A DNA stretch of 64,000 nt from NCBI GenBank assembly GCA_049852185.1, contig CP187540.1. One strand, 5' to 3'. Numbering within the stretch: position 1 is the stretch's first letter; every line of letters begins with the position of its first letter. Made by a program: the position numbers and the translations under genes. This document shows, one piece after another, positions 10,456-21,359 of this stretch. This DNA comes from Methanocaldococcus sp. 28A. Lineage in GTDB: Archaea > AGJL01 > Methanococci > Methanococcales > Methanocaldococcaceae. A model generated the notes under the pieces. The model worked only from the letters and a program-made list of their open reading frames with translations, was not told the DNA's origin and made no database searches.

Positions 10456-11841
10456 ATGAATATTGATAAAAATTTACTTGAAAAATGGGATAAAGGATAC
10501 ATTTGGCATCCATATACACAAATGAAAGAATATAGAGAATCGAAAAACTTAATTATAGAGAGAGGGGAAGGAAATTATTTAATTGACATTTATGGAAATA
10601 AATATTTAGATGCTGTTTCATCTATATGGTGTAATCTATTTGGACACAGTAGGAGGGAAATTATTGAAGCAATAAAAAATCAGGCTGAAAAGATTTGTCA
10701 TTCAACACTCTTAGGTTGTGGAAATGTCCCTTCTATTTTATTGGCAAAAAAATTAATAGACATTACTCCAAAGCATTTAACAAAGGTATTTTATTCTGAG
10801 GATGGGGCAGAGGCTGTTGAGATTGCAGTTAAAATGGCATATCAATATTATGTTTTGAGAGGAGATAAAGGAAGAACTAAATTCATTTCAGTTAAAGAGG
10901 GTTATCATGGAGATACTTTTGGAGCAATGAGTGTTGGAGGAAGCGAATTATTCCATGGAGTATTTAAACCTCTTTTGTTTAAAGGCTATCATACAAATCC
11001 TCCATACTGTTATAGATGCAAATACTATAACTTTAAAGATACTGATGAAAGAAATGAAAAAGGCTGTAATATGGAATGTTTAAATGATATGATTGAGTTA
11101 ATTGAAAAGCATGCTGATGAAGTATTTTGTGTTATCCTTGAAGGAGGAGTTATGGGCTCTGCTGGAATGATACCATTTCCAGATGGATATATTGAGGAAG
11201 TAGCAAAAGCTTGCAAGGAGAATGATATAATCTTTATTCTTGATGAAGTTGCTACTGGATTTGGAAGAACTGGAAAGATGTTCTTTTGCGATAATGAAGA
11301 GCTAAAAAAATTAGAAAAGCCAGATATTCTCTGCTTAGGTAAAGGAATAACTGGAGGATATCTACCTTTAGCTGCAACTCTAACAACTGATAAAATCTAT
11401 AATCAATTCTTAGGAGAATTTGGAGAGAGTAAGCAGTTATATCATGGACACACATATACAGGAAATCAACTTTTATGCTCTGCTGCTTTAGCAACATTGG
11501 AAATCTTTGAAAAAGAGAATGTGATAGAAAATATCCAGCCAAAAATAAAGCTTTTCCATAAAGAGCTTAGAAAATTAAAAGAACTTGAGCATGTTGGTGA
11601 TATTAGAGGTAGGGGCTTTATGGTAGGAATAGAGCTTGTAAAGAACAAAGAAACAAAAGAGCCATATCCTTATGGTTATAAAGCGGGCTATAGAGTTGCT
11701 GAAAAATTGCTTGAAAAAGGTATCTATATGAGACCTATAGGTAATGTAATAATTTTAGTTCCACCATTGTCAATAACAGAAGAAGAGATTATTTATCTAT
11801 GCGATTCTTTATATGATGCTATAAAAGAAGCTGACTTATAA
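10456..11841 (+). CDS. bioA: DAPA aminotransferase
   Basis: IWHPYTQ, DEVATGFGRTG, LGKGITGG; GGTGA RBS before ATG 10456; follows bioD. Confidence 0.95.
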   Translation: MNIDKNLLEKWDKGYIWHPYTQMKEYRESKNLIIERGEGNYLIDIYGNKYLDAVSSIWCNLFGHSRREIIEAIKNQAEKICHSTLLGCGNVPSILLAKKLIDITPKHLTKVFYSEDGAEAVEIAVKMAYQYYVLRGDKGRTKFISVKEGYHGDTFGAMSVGGSELFHGVFKPLLFKGYHTNPPYCYRCKYYNFKDTDERNEKGCNMECLNDMIELIEKHADEVFCVILEGGVMGSAGMIPFPDGYIEEVAKACKENDIIFILDEVATGFGRTGKMFFCDNEELKKLEKPDILCLGKGITGGYLPLAATLTTDKIYNQFLGEFGESKQLYHGHTYTGNQLLCSAALATLEIFEKENVIENIQPKIKLFHKELRKLKELEHVGDIRGRGFMVGIELVKNKETKEPYPYGYKAGYRVAEKLLEKGIYMRPIGNVIILVPPLSITEEEIIYLCDSLYDAIKEADL

Positions 11842-12021
11842 CCATAGGCGCAATAAATCGAAGTCTAATATAGGACTTTCGCAGGGAATAAAATTTTAAA
11901 GCATATTGATGCCTAAAGGCATTTATAACTGTCTGAATGAAAAAATAATATTGAACTGATTAAAGCTAAAGCTTCAAAACTACATTAGTATATATAAATA
12001 TAGAATGGGCATACCTCCTCT

Positions 12022-12528
12022 CTATGGTTTAATAATTCTCTTTAAATTAATTGAAAGCAGAGAGCTAATTTTATTTAATTGCTCTTCAGAGATTTCTATT
12101 TTTTTCTGAAGTAGTTTAGATATATCAATTACAATATAATCTTCACCAACATCTCTTGGATGTATTGGAGATACTTCATTAAATACTGAAAATACTGGAC
12201 AAAAATCATGGCAATATAAGCAATAAATGCATCTTTCATAATTAATTTTTGGTATTTTATCTTTAACATAGTTTTCAGTTATTTTAACTGGCTCAGTAGG
12301 AATCATCTCAATTGCATTAGTTGGGCAAACATTAGCACATCCCTCACAACCTATACAGAGCTCTTCAATAACTGTTTTTGGAATCTTAATAGTTCCAGTT
12401 AATATTGCTTTTCTCATCTCTAAGCTTGTATATCTATCACTACCAAAGATAATTCTTTCGAGGTTTTTATATATACCAGTCAAAAATATTTTGGCAAAAT
12501 TTTTTAGTTCATCCAACTCAATCACCAA
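12022..12528 (-). CDS. ehbL: Energy-converting hydrogenase B, 2[4Fe-4S] subunit
   Basis: Two CxxCxxCxxxCP motifs; last gene of the ehb cluster. Confidence 0.8.
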   Translation of the reverse strand: MVIELDELKNFAKIFLTGIYKNLERIIFGSDRYTSLEMRKAILTGTIKIPKTVIEELCIGCEGCANVCPTNAIEMIPTEPVKITENYVKDKIPKINYERCIYCLYCHDFCPVFSVFNEVSPIHPRDVGEDYIVIDISKLLQKKIEISEEQLNKISSLLSINLKRIIKP

Positions 12529-12560
12529 AATATATTATTAAATATATTTTATTAAATATA

Positions 12561-13967
12561 TTATTCTTTAACTTTAACTTTCCATTTTCTATGCAAATAG
12601 ATAGCTTTAGTTGGGCAAATATTGTAGCAAGCTCCACAAAATTCACATTTATCAGCATCAATAACTCCATACTCAATACAGTTATTTGGACAAACTTTAT
12701 TGCAGAGACCACATTTTATGCAGAAGTCCATATCAGTTCTAATAAATGAGTTCTCTCTATCAACAACTTTTTTATAGGATGTTGTGTTTGGAATAACATC
12801 TCTTGGGCAATGAATAGCACATGTTTCACATGCTATGCAATTATCAGTGAATAAAATCTCCTTATTACTTCTATTTATAACTATAGCGTCCCTTGGACAT
12901 ACATTTGAACATGTTCCACAAAGTATGCAGTTTTCATCCTTAATTTTTTCCAATTTAACAGTTATTATCTCTATAGCATTTTCTGGACAGTTATTTATGC
13001 AAATTTCACATAAAGAACATCCTCCAACAACTCTATTATCTTTAACCCTTCTAACGTCATTCGGACAGATTTCTACACATTTTAAACATTTCCAACAAAC
13101 GTCTGGACTATAATACAAATGCCCATCCTCAAACCTTAAAGCTCCACTTGGGCAATATAATGAGCATAATCCGCAATTTATACAGTAACTTGTTGGTTGT
13201 TTTTCTTTATTTTCTTTAATTTTAATAACTTTAAAATTTTCAACTTTTAAAGCATCATTTGGACAAACTTTTATACATTTTAAACAGAGAATGCATTTGC
13301 TATAATCAACCTCCCCATCTTTAATGGCATCTTTTGGACAAACCTCTCCACATAAATTACAGGATGTGCATGCATCTATAGAATCTTGGATTATTGTTTC
13401 TCTTGGGCATAAATAAGAGCATCTTAAGCATCCAACACATTTATTTCTATCAATTTTAATTGATTTTCTTTCAACTTTTTTAACAATGTTTTTTGGAGTT
13501 CCATAAGCATCTACTAACTTAATTTTCATAAGGTTCTCTAAAATTTTTAAATATTTCTCTGCCAATCCTTCTCTTTTGGTAAATATTAATTCATAAGAAC
13601 TAACCCTTGCATTATATGGGCAGACCTCAACACATACTCCACACATTGAACAAATTCCCATAGGGTATTTTTTTCCTTCTTTCTCCACTATCTTTATAAT
13701 TCCTATTGGGCAGGCATTAGCACAAATACCACAACCATTACATCTTCTCCTATCTACATAATAGCCTCCAAACTTGTTTCTTTTAATTGCTTTATTTGGA
13801 CAGGCTCTTGCACATTCTCCACATGTTAAACATGTAAAGCTTTTATTATTTAATAAAAATATTGCATCTGTTGGGCAGGCTTCCATGCATTTTGCAGTTT
13901 TATGATAAAATGGACAAGATTCACATTTTTCTTCTGCTCTACATTTATCTAACAAGGTTATAATCAT
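12561..13967 (-). CDS. ehbK: Ehb polyferredoxin subunit
   Basis: More than 10 CxxCxxCxxxCP repeats; GGTGA RBS favours ATG 13967. Confidence 0.85.
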   Translation of the reverse strand: MIITLLDKCRAEEKCESCPFYHKTAKCMEACPTDAIFLLNNKSFTCLTCGECARACPNKAIKRNKFGGYYVDRRRCNGCGICANACPIGIIKIVEKEGKKYPMGICSMCGVCVEVCPYNARVSSYELIFTKREGLAEKYLKILENLMKIKLVDAYGTPKNIVKKVERKSIKIDRNKCVGCLRCSYLCPRETIIQDSIDACTSCNLCGEVCPKDAIKDGEVDYSKCILCLKCIKVCPNDALKVENFKVIKIKENKEKQPTSYCINCGLCSLYCPSGALRFEDGHLYYSPDVCWKCLKCVEICPNDVRRVKDNRVVGGCSLCEICINNCPENAIEIITVKLEKIKDENCILCGTCSNVCPRDAIVINRSNKEILFTDNCIACETCAIHCPRDVIPNTTSYKKVVDRENSFIRTDMDFCIKCGLCNKVCPNNCIEYGVIDADKCEFCGACYNICPTKAIYLHRKWKVKVKE

Positions 13968-14001
13968 AATATCACCAATAAGGATAAAATTAATGTACTT
14001 T

Positions 14002-14247
14002 TTATTTCCTTCCAAATAATCTATTTCCTACAATAATGCCAATTACTGCAGATATATAAGAAAATGAAATAAATAGGGTATCATAATAGGGAAATGCTTT
14101 TAAGAAATAAGCAATAATTACAGCTAAAATTAAATATCCAAAAATATTCCTTATTTTGTATCTGTATTTAGCTCCTATCAATACTCCCAATAAAAATGCA
14201 AGAATTGATGGATAATATAAATAGTTTGATACTATTGTTTCTAACAT
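14002..14247 (-). CDS. ehbJ: Small membrane subunit of Ehb (EhbJ-like)
   Basis: Three hydrophobic segments; position in the cluster. Confidence 0.6.
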   Translation of the reverse strand: MLETIVSNYLYYPSILAFLLGVLIGAKYRYKIRNIFGYLILAVIIAYFLKAFPYYDTLFISFSYISAVIGIIVGNRLFGRK

Positions 14248-14264
14248 CCTATCCACCAATTTTA

Positions 14265-15053
14265 TTATTTTAGTTTTTCCTCTGACTTGCTAATTTTTTC
14301 AATAATAACCTTTTCACAAGATAATAGGAAAGCAGCTGTAGATAATCCAGCTAGGACCTTTAATCCAACAATTATATTTAAATATGGGATTATTCCAGCT
14401 GTTATAATTTCTTTTGGTGCTGGAAATACGATAAAAGAATTAATTTCTGTGAAGTTGAACAAATAATAACCTCCAATAAACATTCCAGCAACCCCAAACA
14501 ACAGATAACCTAAAGCCCCCAAAACCTCCAATTTTTCTAAAAACTTGTGTTCAAACCACAATGGACTGTTTGAACCAAAGGCAATGATTGATAAGATAAA
14601 TGCAGCTGCTATCAAAGCCCCTCCTTGAAACCCTCCTCCAGGTGTTATGTGACCTCCTAATATAGTTATAACTCCCAAAGCAGCCATTAAAACACTCATA
14701 GGAAATGCCAAAAATTTAATTATTGGAGTAAATTCTCCCCATCTTTGAAGAGTTATATAATCATCTGACTCTGAAGCTTGAAATACCTCTTTTAAATAGG
14801 TATTGTCATACAATGATTTCCCAAACACAATCCAAGAAACCATAACAGCCACTACTAAAACCAAACACTCTCCTAAGGTATCGTAAGCCCTCCAATCAAA
14901 TATTACCGCACATACATAGTTTGGAATAATGTAATGTGTAAGATAGACAATATTAACTCCCGGATTTACTTGCATGTTTGCTAAGCTATACAATATAGAT
15001 GCCCCAAATATAAAGAAAGATAAAGCAACAACTAAATCTCTTTTAGAGCTCAT
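14265..15053 (-). CDS. Ehb MnhB-like membrane subunit (EhbH+EhbI-like fusion)
   Basis: DWRAYDTLGE and GHITPGGGFQGG motifs in one ORF. Confidence 0.8.
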   Translation of the reverse strand: MSSKRDLVVALSFFIFGASILYSLANMQVNPGVNIVYLTHYIIPNYVCAVIFDWRAYDTLGECLVLVVAVMVSWIVFGKSLYDNTYLKEVFQASESDDYITLQRWGEFTPIIKFLAFPMSVLMAALGVITILGGHITPGGGFQGGALIAAAFILSIIAFGSNSPLWFEHKFLEKLEVLGALGYLLFGVAGMFIGGYYLFNFTEINSFIVFPAPKEIITAGIIPYLNIIVGLKVLAGLSTAAFLLSCEKVIIEKISKSEEKLK

Positions 15054-15084
15054 TATATCACCTTATATAGGATAAAATTAGATT

Positions 15085-15399
15085 TTATGTAATATTTGTC
15101 ATATAAATGCTGAATGCTATTGCCCCTAAAAATATAGAGAGCCAAAATAATTGATAATTTATGGCATTTGAATTTTCTTCCTTAAACTTAAAGATTAAAG
15201 GCGATATTGCTAAAGAAAAAGCTAAAGTTGCTAACCCAAACAATGTCATTAAAGTTTTCCCATAAACCCTACCAATAATTAAAGCTCCAAATATAAACAA
15301 TAAATATAAAGTGAATTCTCCAGTAAATACTGCTCCAACAGTAATGCCATCTCCATGCTCCTCTTTATCCAACTTCTTTTGAAAGTCATTATAATCCAT
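15085..15399 (-). CDS. Ehb small membrane subunit (EhbG-like)
   Basis: Hydrophobic; lies between the MnhD-like and MnhB-like subunits. Confidence 0.55.
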   Translation of the reverse strand: MDYNDFQKKLDKEEHGDGITVGAVFTGEFTLYLLFIFGALIIGRVYGKTLMTLFGLATLAFSLAISPLIFKFKEENSNAINYQLFWLSIFLGAIAFSIYMTNIT

Positions 15400-15414
15400 A
15401 AAATTCACCTAAAA

Positions 15415-16860
15415 TTATTTTAAAGAATAACTAACCCCCAACTCTTTTGCATAGTCCCATAAGTAGTTTAATACAATATCTGGATAAATTCCAATTATTA
15501 TACACAAAGCAGTTAATACAAATAAGCTAAAGACAGCAAGTTTAGGAACTCCATTATTTTGATATTCTTTTAAAGTTTCTTCATCAACTGGCTTTAAATA
15601 AATTAGATAAAATGCCTTCATCATAGAGACAAATGTTCCAATACTAACAATAATCATTATTATGGCTATTTCTGGCATATTGGCTTGCATAGCCGCTTGA
15701 GCTAACATCCACTTACTTTGAAAACCATTAAATGGTGGAATTCCACTTATTGCAAGCTTAGCACATAAAACCATAAACGCTACAGAAGGCATTAAGGGTA
15801 ATAATCCTCCCAACTTATGCAAATTACTTCCCTTTTTACAACTTACAATATATGCTCCCAAAAACAGGGCAGATTTATAAATAACATGATTTATTGCATG
15901 GAAGATACCTGCAACAATTCCTAATGGAGTTCCTAAAGCTAAACCTGTTGCAACATAGCCACCTTGACTTATAGCGTGATATGCTAACAGCTTTTTATAA
16001 TCGCTCTGCAATAATGCCATTACAACCCCAAAAACCATTGCCAAAACTCCCAAAGCAATTAAAACACCATGAGCAGATGAAAAATAATCCAATCCATTGA
16101 ATAATTTTAGAATAATTAGCATTAAGCCAACTAACACAAATTTTGAGTATGTTTGCAACATTGCAGAAATAAAACCTTTAGACCTTGCATATAAATCAGC
16201 TTTAACGTTATGGAAAGGAGGAAGACCTGCTCCATAAGCTAAACCTACAATTAAGAGCAGCAATCCCCCATAAATCATTGGATTATCAACTAACAGATAG
16301 TTTCTCATGTCTGTAATGTTTAAAGTTCCAGTTGATGCCAATAAGAAAGCTATTCCTAATAGCATTAAGGCTGCTGCAACATTACCCATTATCATATATC
16401 TTAATCCAGCTTTATAAGCTTCTTCAGTTCCTGATAGAAATACTAATCCAGCTTGAACAATTGAAACTATCTCAAAGAACACATACAAGTTAAAAATATC
16501 ATCTGCCAAAACTATAGCTGCAATACTCGCAAATCCCATTAATGAGAGAGTAACAAACATATTATTTTTTAATTTCTCTCCCATTCCTGTAATTAAAACA
16601 AGAGAGGCTATTAAGGACAGGGTTACAATAACTGCCTGCTTTGCTGGATTGTATAAATATGCTATTCCAGAAACCCATCCATCAACAACTCCATGCCCAC
16701 CAAAGTAATAATAACCATATTGACTAATAAATGGCAAAACAATCAAAATAGCAGCTGTAATAAATGTTATATATTTAACTGCTTTCTCTTTTCCATGTAA
16801 TAAATTCATGATTATTGCCATGATTAACGGATATACAATTATCATTGGTAAGTAGTTCAT
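15415..16860 (-). CDS. ehbF: Ehb antiporter-like large membrane subunit (MnhD/NuoM family)
   Basis: DIFNLYVFFE, KKLLAYHAISQ, GIPPFNGFQSKW. Confidence 0.88.
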   Translation of the reverse strand: MNYLPMIIVYPLIMAIIMNLLHGKEKAVKYITFITAAILIVLPFISQYGYYYFGGHGVVDGWVSGIAYLYNPAKQAVIVTLSLIASLVLITGMGEKLKNNMFVTLSLMGFASIAAIVLADDIFNLYVFFEIVSIVQAGLVFLSGTEEAYKAGLRYMIMGNVAAALMLLGIAFLLASTGTLNITDMRNYLLVDNPMIYGGLLLLIVGLAYGAGLPPFHNVKADLYARSKGFISAMLQTYSKFVLVGLMLIILKLFNGLDYFSSAHGVLIALGVLAMVFGVVMALLQSDYKKLLAYHAISQGGYVATGLALGTPLGIVAGIFHAINHVIYKSALFLGAYIVSCKKGSNLHKLGGLLPLMPSVAFMVLCAKLAISGIPPFNGFQSKWMLAQAAMQANMPEIAIIMIIVSIGTFVSMMKAFYLIYLKPVDEETLKEYQNNGVPKLAVFSLFVLTALCIIIGIYPDIVLNYLWDYAKELGVSYSLK

Positions 16861-16926
16861 TGTCCCCCTCCAATATTTTAGAGAGCGTTAAATCTATAAG
16901 GCCGTGGAAGTGTTATTATATATTGT

Positions 16927-17283
16927 TTAATCCTCTTTTAGTATTACAGAGCTTTTGAGTGTTTTATATTTTTTATATAAAATTATAGAGACTCCAAGCA
17001 TTATAGCAAGCATTGAAGCCTCTATGACTATATTTGTCAAAACCAAAGCATGTGTTAGTGGATAAGCTGATTCCTTAGCAAAAACCTCTACAGGAACGCC
17101 AGGAAGTTTTATTGGGATTGTTCCACCATTATATCCAATTGTAATGAGGGCTAAATTAACTCCACTACCTAAAATCTCTAGAGCAATGATTTTTTTCAAG
17201 ACATTATCTACAAAAAACACACCATACAGTCCAATAATAACTAAAAGCCCAGAAGTGATGAATGATGCTGTTTGAAAATCCAT
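16927..17283 (-). CDS. ehbE: Ehb MnhC-like subunit
   Basis: KKIIALEIL and PLTHALVLTNIVI (MnhC-type). Confidence 0.8.
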   Translation of the reverse strand: MDFQTASFITSGLLVIIGLYGVFFVDNVLKKIIALEILGSGVNLALITIGYNGGTIPIKLPGVPVEVFAKESAYPLTHALVLTNIVIEASMLAIMLGVSIILYKKYKTLKSSVILKED

Positions 17284-17349
17284 CCTACCCACCAAAAATT
17301 TATCATTATTATTAATGACAGATTAGGTTTAACAGTATATAAATATTAC

Positions 17350-17790
17350 GTTGAGAAAAGATAGAATAGGAGCCAATTATATAAGGCGAAGAAAGATTTT
17401 AGTATTATTCTTTTTCTACTTAAAAAAGGAACTTTTGGTATAATTTTTAAACTGAATCAAACTCTTTTAAATTTTAGTTTTAATTCCTATAATTCCTATT
17501 TACTCCCATTAACCAAAATTTTTAGTTTATTTGAGCAAAATTTTCATATACTTTTTACGAATAAGATTGTGTCGAGACAACATCTTTTTAGAGTCGATTC
17601 CTAAACATTCTTTAGATACCTCATCGATAACAGACAACATAAATATTTACACAATCTTTTCCACAGTATGGACAATTATACATAAAATCTCCTCAATTTC
17701 CAATTTATTTCTTTTAACCTTCTTTTTAATCCTTTCCTTTAACATTTCTAATAAGATTCATATTTTTCTATTTTTTTATACATCAATTTC
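17350..17790 (-). mobile_element. Degenerate IS6 remnant
   Basis: Fragments align to 20660-21300 (e.g. GAGCAAAATTTT...TTTTACGAATAAGAT, CCTAAACATTCTTTAGAT). Confidence 0.8.
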
Positions 17791-17867
17791 CTCAAAAAAA
17801 TGATAAAATATTTATAGAATAAAAAAATCTTTATTATGTAAAACTTATAATGTTGAAGGTAGAGAAC

Positions 17868-18899
17868 ATGAAAGTATCTGTTTATGGAGCGGGAAATCAA
17901 AATTTATATATAAACCAATTAAATCTACCAGAAAAATTTGGTGGAGAACCACCTTATGGTGGAGCAAGAATGGCTATAGAATTTGCTAAAGCTGGACATG
18001 ATGTTATCCTATCAGAACCTAATAAAAATATAATGAGTGAAGAATTATGGAAGAAAGTTGAAGAAGCTGGAGTTAAAGTTGTTAGTGATGATATAGAAGC
18101 AGCAAAACATGGAGAAGTTCATATCTTATTTACACCATTTGGAAAAATAACATTTAACATAGTAAAAACTATTATTGAATATGTCCCTGAAAATGCTGTT
18201 ATTTGTAATACGTGTACAGTTTCACCTATTGTTCTGTACTATTCTTTAGAATCAATTTTAAGAACAGAAAGAAAAGATGTAGGAATTAGCTCAATGCATC
18301 CAGCATCTGTTCCTGGGACTCCTCAACATAGACATTATGTTATTAGTGGGAAAACAACCGAGGGTAAAGAATTAGCAAGCGAAAGTCAAATAAACAAATT
18401 GGTAGAGCTTGCCAAAAGTGCAGGAAAAGAAGCCTATGTAGTTCCTGCTGACGTATCTTCAGTAGTTTCGGATATGGGTTCTTTGGTAACAGCAGTAGCG
18501 TTATCTGGAGTTTTAGATTACTATACTATAGGTCGTGAAATTATAAAAGCTCCTAAAAAGATGATAGAACATCAAGTTATTATGACATTACAAACAATGG
18601 CATCGCTTGTAGAAACTTCAGGTATTGAAGGCTTGATAAAAGCGTTAAATCCAGACTTGTTAATAAAAAGTGCTTCATCAATGAAGTTGTCAGATATGCA
18701 GAGAGATTTAGACGCTGCTTTAGAAATTCTTAAAAACTTAGATGAAAATTTGAAAAAAGAAGTAGAAAATGCAGAGATAAAACCTACAACGCTTGTAGCA
18801 GCTCAGTCATTAGTTAAAGAGATAAAAGCCTTACTAGGTGGAGCTGCTGCTGAAGGAGCAATAAAAAGAAGTGCAAAAAAACTATTCGAGTGTTGCTGA
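17868..18899 (+). CDS. Hmd paralog (HmdII/HmdIII family)
   Basis: YGAGNQ, PPYGG, NTCT and SMHP..VPG motifs. Confidence 0.9.
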   Translation: MKVSVYGAGNQNLYINQLNLPEKFGGEPPYGGARMAIEFAKAGHDVILSEPNKNIMSEELWKKVEEAGVKVVSDDIEAAKHGEVHILFTPFGKITFNIVKTIIEYVPENAVICNTCTVSPIVLYYSLESILRTERKDVGISSMHPASVPGTPQHRHYVISGKTTEGKELASESQINKLVELAKSAGKEAYVVPADVSSVVSDMGSLVTAVALSGVLDYYTIGREIIKAPKKMIEHQVIMTLQTMASLVETSGIEGLIKALNPDLLIKSASSMKLSDMQRDLDAALEILKNLDENLKKEVENAEIKPTTLVAAQSLVKEIKALLGGAAAEGAIKRSAKKLFECC

Positions 18900-18951
18900 A
18901 AGAGCAATAAAAAGATAAATAATATTATTTATATACTATTAGGGGAAATTT

Positions 18952-19434
18952 ATGAAAAAATGTGGGGAAATAAAAGTTGTAGTAATTGGTTCGAGTGATG
19001 TTGGAAAAACCACATTAATGGAAAATTTAATTGGTAGAATTGGAAAAGTTGAACATAATGGTATTACAACAGCCATTGATTATGGATCATTAACAATAAA
19101 TGATAAAAAAATTCACTTCTTTGGGACTCCAGGTCAAAAAAGGTTTGAATTTATGAGAGAATTGGCATTAAAAGGTACAAATTTAGCTTTAGTAGTTTTA
19201 GATGCATCAAGAGGAATAACTAAAGAAGACGAAGAAATAATAAAACTATTAGAATCTAAACAAATTCCATACGGAGTTTTTATAAATAAAACAGATATTG
19301 GGGAAATTAATATAAATGACGTTTATAATTTATGTAATCCAAAATTCGTTGTTAAAGGTAGTGCAATAAAAAAAGAAGGGATTAATGAGCTTTTTAATGA
19401 GATATTATATCATACATTCAGTGAAAATATTTAA
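18952..19434 (+). CDS. Small Ras/MglA-like GTPase
   Basis: GSSDVGKTT, GTPGQKRF, NKTD, SA motifs. Confidence 0.9.
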   Translation: MKKCGEIKVVVIGSSDVGKTTLMENLIGRIGKVEHNGITTAIDYGSLTINDKKIHFFGTPGQKRFEFMRELALKGTNLALVVLDASRGITKEDEEIIKLLESKQIPYGVFINKTDIGEININDVYNLCNPKFVVKGSAIKKEGINELFNEILYHTFSENI

Positions 19435-19512
19435 AAATAAAAAAATTTTATATATAAAAAAATACATAAGTCATATAGTTAAGATTGTTAAGATATTTGA
19501 TAAGGTGAGAAT

Positions 19513-19857
19513 ATGATAGATAGAGTATTAATAGAGCTAAATAAAACAGAAGGGATTAAAGGTTCAATGGTTGTAGGGAAAGATGGATTAGTTATAGCTA
19601 CTCAATTGCCAGGAAATATTGATGCCGAGTTAGTAGGGGCTATGGCATCAGCAGCATTTGGGGCAGCTGAGAGAACAGCTGCAGAAATTGGTATGGGTAG
19701 TTTAGTGCAAACAATGGTTGAAGGAGAGCATGGTAAAACTTTAATGGTCGATGCTGGTGAGGGAATCTTAGTTGTTTTAACTGATGCAAAAGTTAACTTA
19801 GGTCTAATTAGAATTACTATGAAAAGAGCTGCAGAAAAAATAAAAGCTATGATTTAA
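19513..19857 (+). CDS. Roadblock/LC7 (MglB-like) protein
   Basis: [16 protein letters not shown]...NLGLIR signature. Confidence 0.9.
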   Translation: MIDRVLIELNKTEGIKGSMVVGKDGLVIATQLPGNIDAELVGAMASAAFGAAERTAAEIGMGSLVQTMVEGEHGKTLMVDAGEGILVVLTDAKVNLGLIRITMKRAAEKIKAMI

Positions 19858-19922
19858 ACTAATTAAATTTTAGAAGTATTATTATGGTGGATTAGCCTGA
19901 AAATGTGATTTTAGAGAGGTGA

Positions 19923-20393
19923 ATGAAATTGCACGATTATCTTAAGAGTAATATGGAAGTTAAAATGTTCGAAATAGATGACATTATTAAAACTAAAAGG
20001 ACGCACTTGGGAGACGATGTTTCAGTATGGCTATTCAGAGTTTTAAGGCTCATCGCTTTAGATGAAATAATTAGTATGGGCAGTTGTGGCATCGTCTATC
20101 ACGCTGGTAAAAAGATAGGCAAAACTCTAAAACTTGAAACGCTCGATGATTTCTTGGACTGGATTGAAAAGCATAAAATTGGAATTCCAGAGGTCAATGG
20201 CAATGTCGTGAAAATTTACGAATGCGTTACATGTTCTGGTATTCCTAAAATTGGTAAACCCGTCTGCCACTTCGAAGGAGGGCTTATAGCAGGATTTTTG
20301 GAAAAGTTATGGAATAAAAAGGTTTTAGCTAAAGAGGTTAAGTGTTGGGGATTAGGTGATGAGGTGTGTGAGTTCAAGATAATAGAGATATAA
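19923..20393 (+). CDS. V4R-domain protein
   Basis: ECVTC...CHFEGGLIAG...EVKCWGLGDEVCEF. Confidence 0.88.
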   Translation: MKLHDYLKSNMEVKMFEIDDIIKTKRTHLGDDVSVWLFRVLRLIALDEIISMGSCGIVYHAGKKIGKTLKLETLDDFLDWIEKHKIGIPEVNGNVVKIYECVTCSGIPKIGKPVCHFEGGLIAGFLEKLWNKKVLAKEVKCWGLGDEVCEFKIIEI

Positions 20394-20429
20394 TAACAAA
20401 GCTGCAGAGAAAAATACATATTGATGAAT

Positions 20430-20626
20430 ATGGAGCGACATTATACATTAAAAGAGGCGGCAGAAATTTTAGGAGTTTTAGTTAGAACATTACATTAAAA
20501 GAGGGGTTAAATTAATTAAGAAATTGAAAGGTGGGGCTGGGGTCCCCGTATCTGGGGCGGAGGTTGATGATATGCTTCCTGATGAACTCATAGGGAAGCT
20601 GAAACTGATGACGCCGTTTGAAACTG
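20430..20626 (+). mobile_element. Internally deleted IS607-like remnant: TnpA(S) HTH stub plus a structured RNA
   Basis: MERHYTLKEAAEILGVLVRTLH* (MerR-like HTH of IS607 serine recombinases), then GC-rich 20531-20615 with several TGATGA/CTGA motifs. Confidence 0.7.
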
Positions 20627-20652
20627 TTTAATTTTTCATAGACTAATTGAGG

Positions 20653-21346
20653 GAGGTTGTCAAGATACGATAAGAAATAAATTATATAGGGAGGAGAAAG
20701 ATTTGAGCCAGCTAATGGCGGTTGAGAATTTAGAATTATTAGGGAATAGGTTATAGAAAGATTTGGTTCTACGTTTGAGTAGGGAGAAGAAACTTTCGAC
20801 ACAATTTCTTAAACCGAATCGAACTCTTTCGAATTTTAGTCCTAATCTCTGTAGAGTCCACGGATACCATTTACCACCATCAACCAAAATTTTTGGTTTA
20901 TTCGAGCAAAATTTTAATATACTTTTTACGAATAAGATAGTATCGAGATAGCATCTTGTTTTAGAGATGTAGATACCTAAACATTCTTTAGATTCCACAT
21001 CGATGGCAGACCATACATAAATAGTTTCATTTCCAAGCTTTAGTTTAGTTTCATCGATTACAATTAGGTTTCTTGTCTTTCTTTCAGGTTCGTTTAAAAT
21101 ATCTTTAATCTTGTGGTAATATTGTCTAACCGATTCGTGGCTTATACTCTCGAATTGAGAAAGAAACAAACTTACCTTTCTTAACGATAATCCTAAATAA
21201 TACAAAATTCCTGCCAAAATTTTAATCTCTATCGACTTTTTATTCCTTTTAATTACCTTCTTAATCCTTTCCTTTAACATTCCTATCGTAAGTTCCATAT
21301 TTTCCTTTATTCGTATATATCTATTTAATCCTTATCTTGACATTCT
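20653..21346 (-). mobile_element. IS6-family insertion sequence copy 2
   Basis: TIRs GAGGTTGTCAAGATA / TATCTTGACATTCTC. Confidence 0.92.
20660..21298 (-). CDS. IS6-family transposase
   Basis: Same length as and highly similar to the 261-899 protein. Confidence 0.93.
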   Translation of the reverse strand: MELTIGMLKERIKKVIKRNKKSIEIKILAGILYYLGLSLRKVSLFLSQFESISHESVRQYYHKIKDILNEPERKTRNLIVIDETKLKLGNETIYVWSAIDVESKECLGIYISKTRCYLDTILFVKSILKFCSNKPKILVDGGKWYPWTLQRLGLKFERVRFGLRNCVESFFSLLKRRTKSFYNLFPNNSKFSTAISWLKSFSSLYNLFLIVS

Positions 21347-21359
21347 CCTCAATTAAATC

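Noticed and set aside
17531-17803. 90-aa plus-strand ORF
   Set aside because: Antisense to a decayed IS6 remnant
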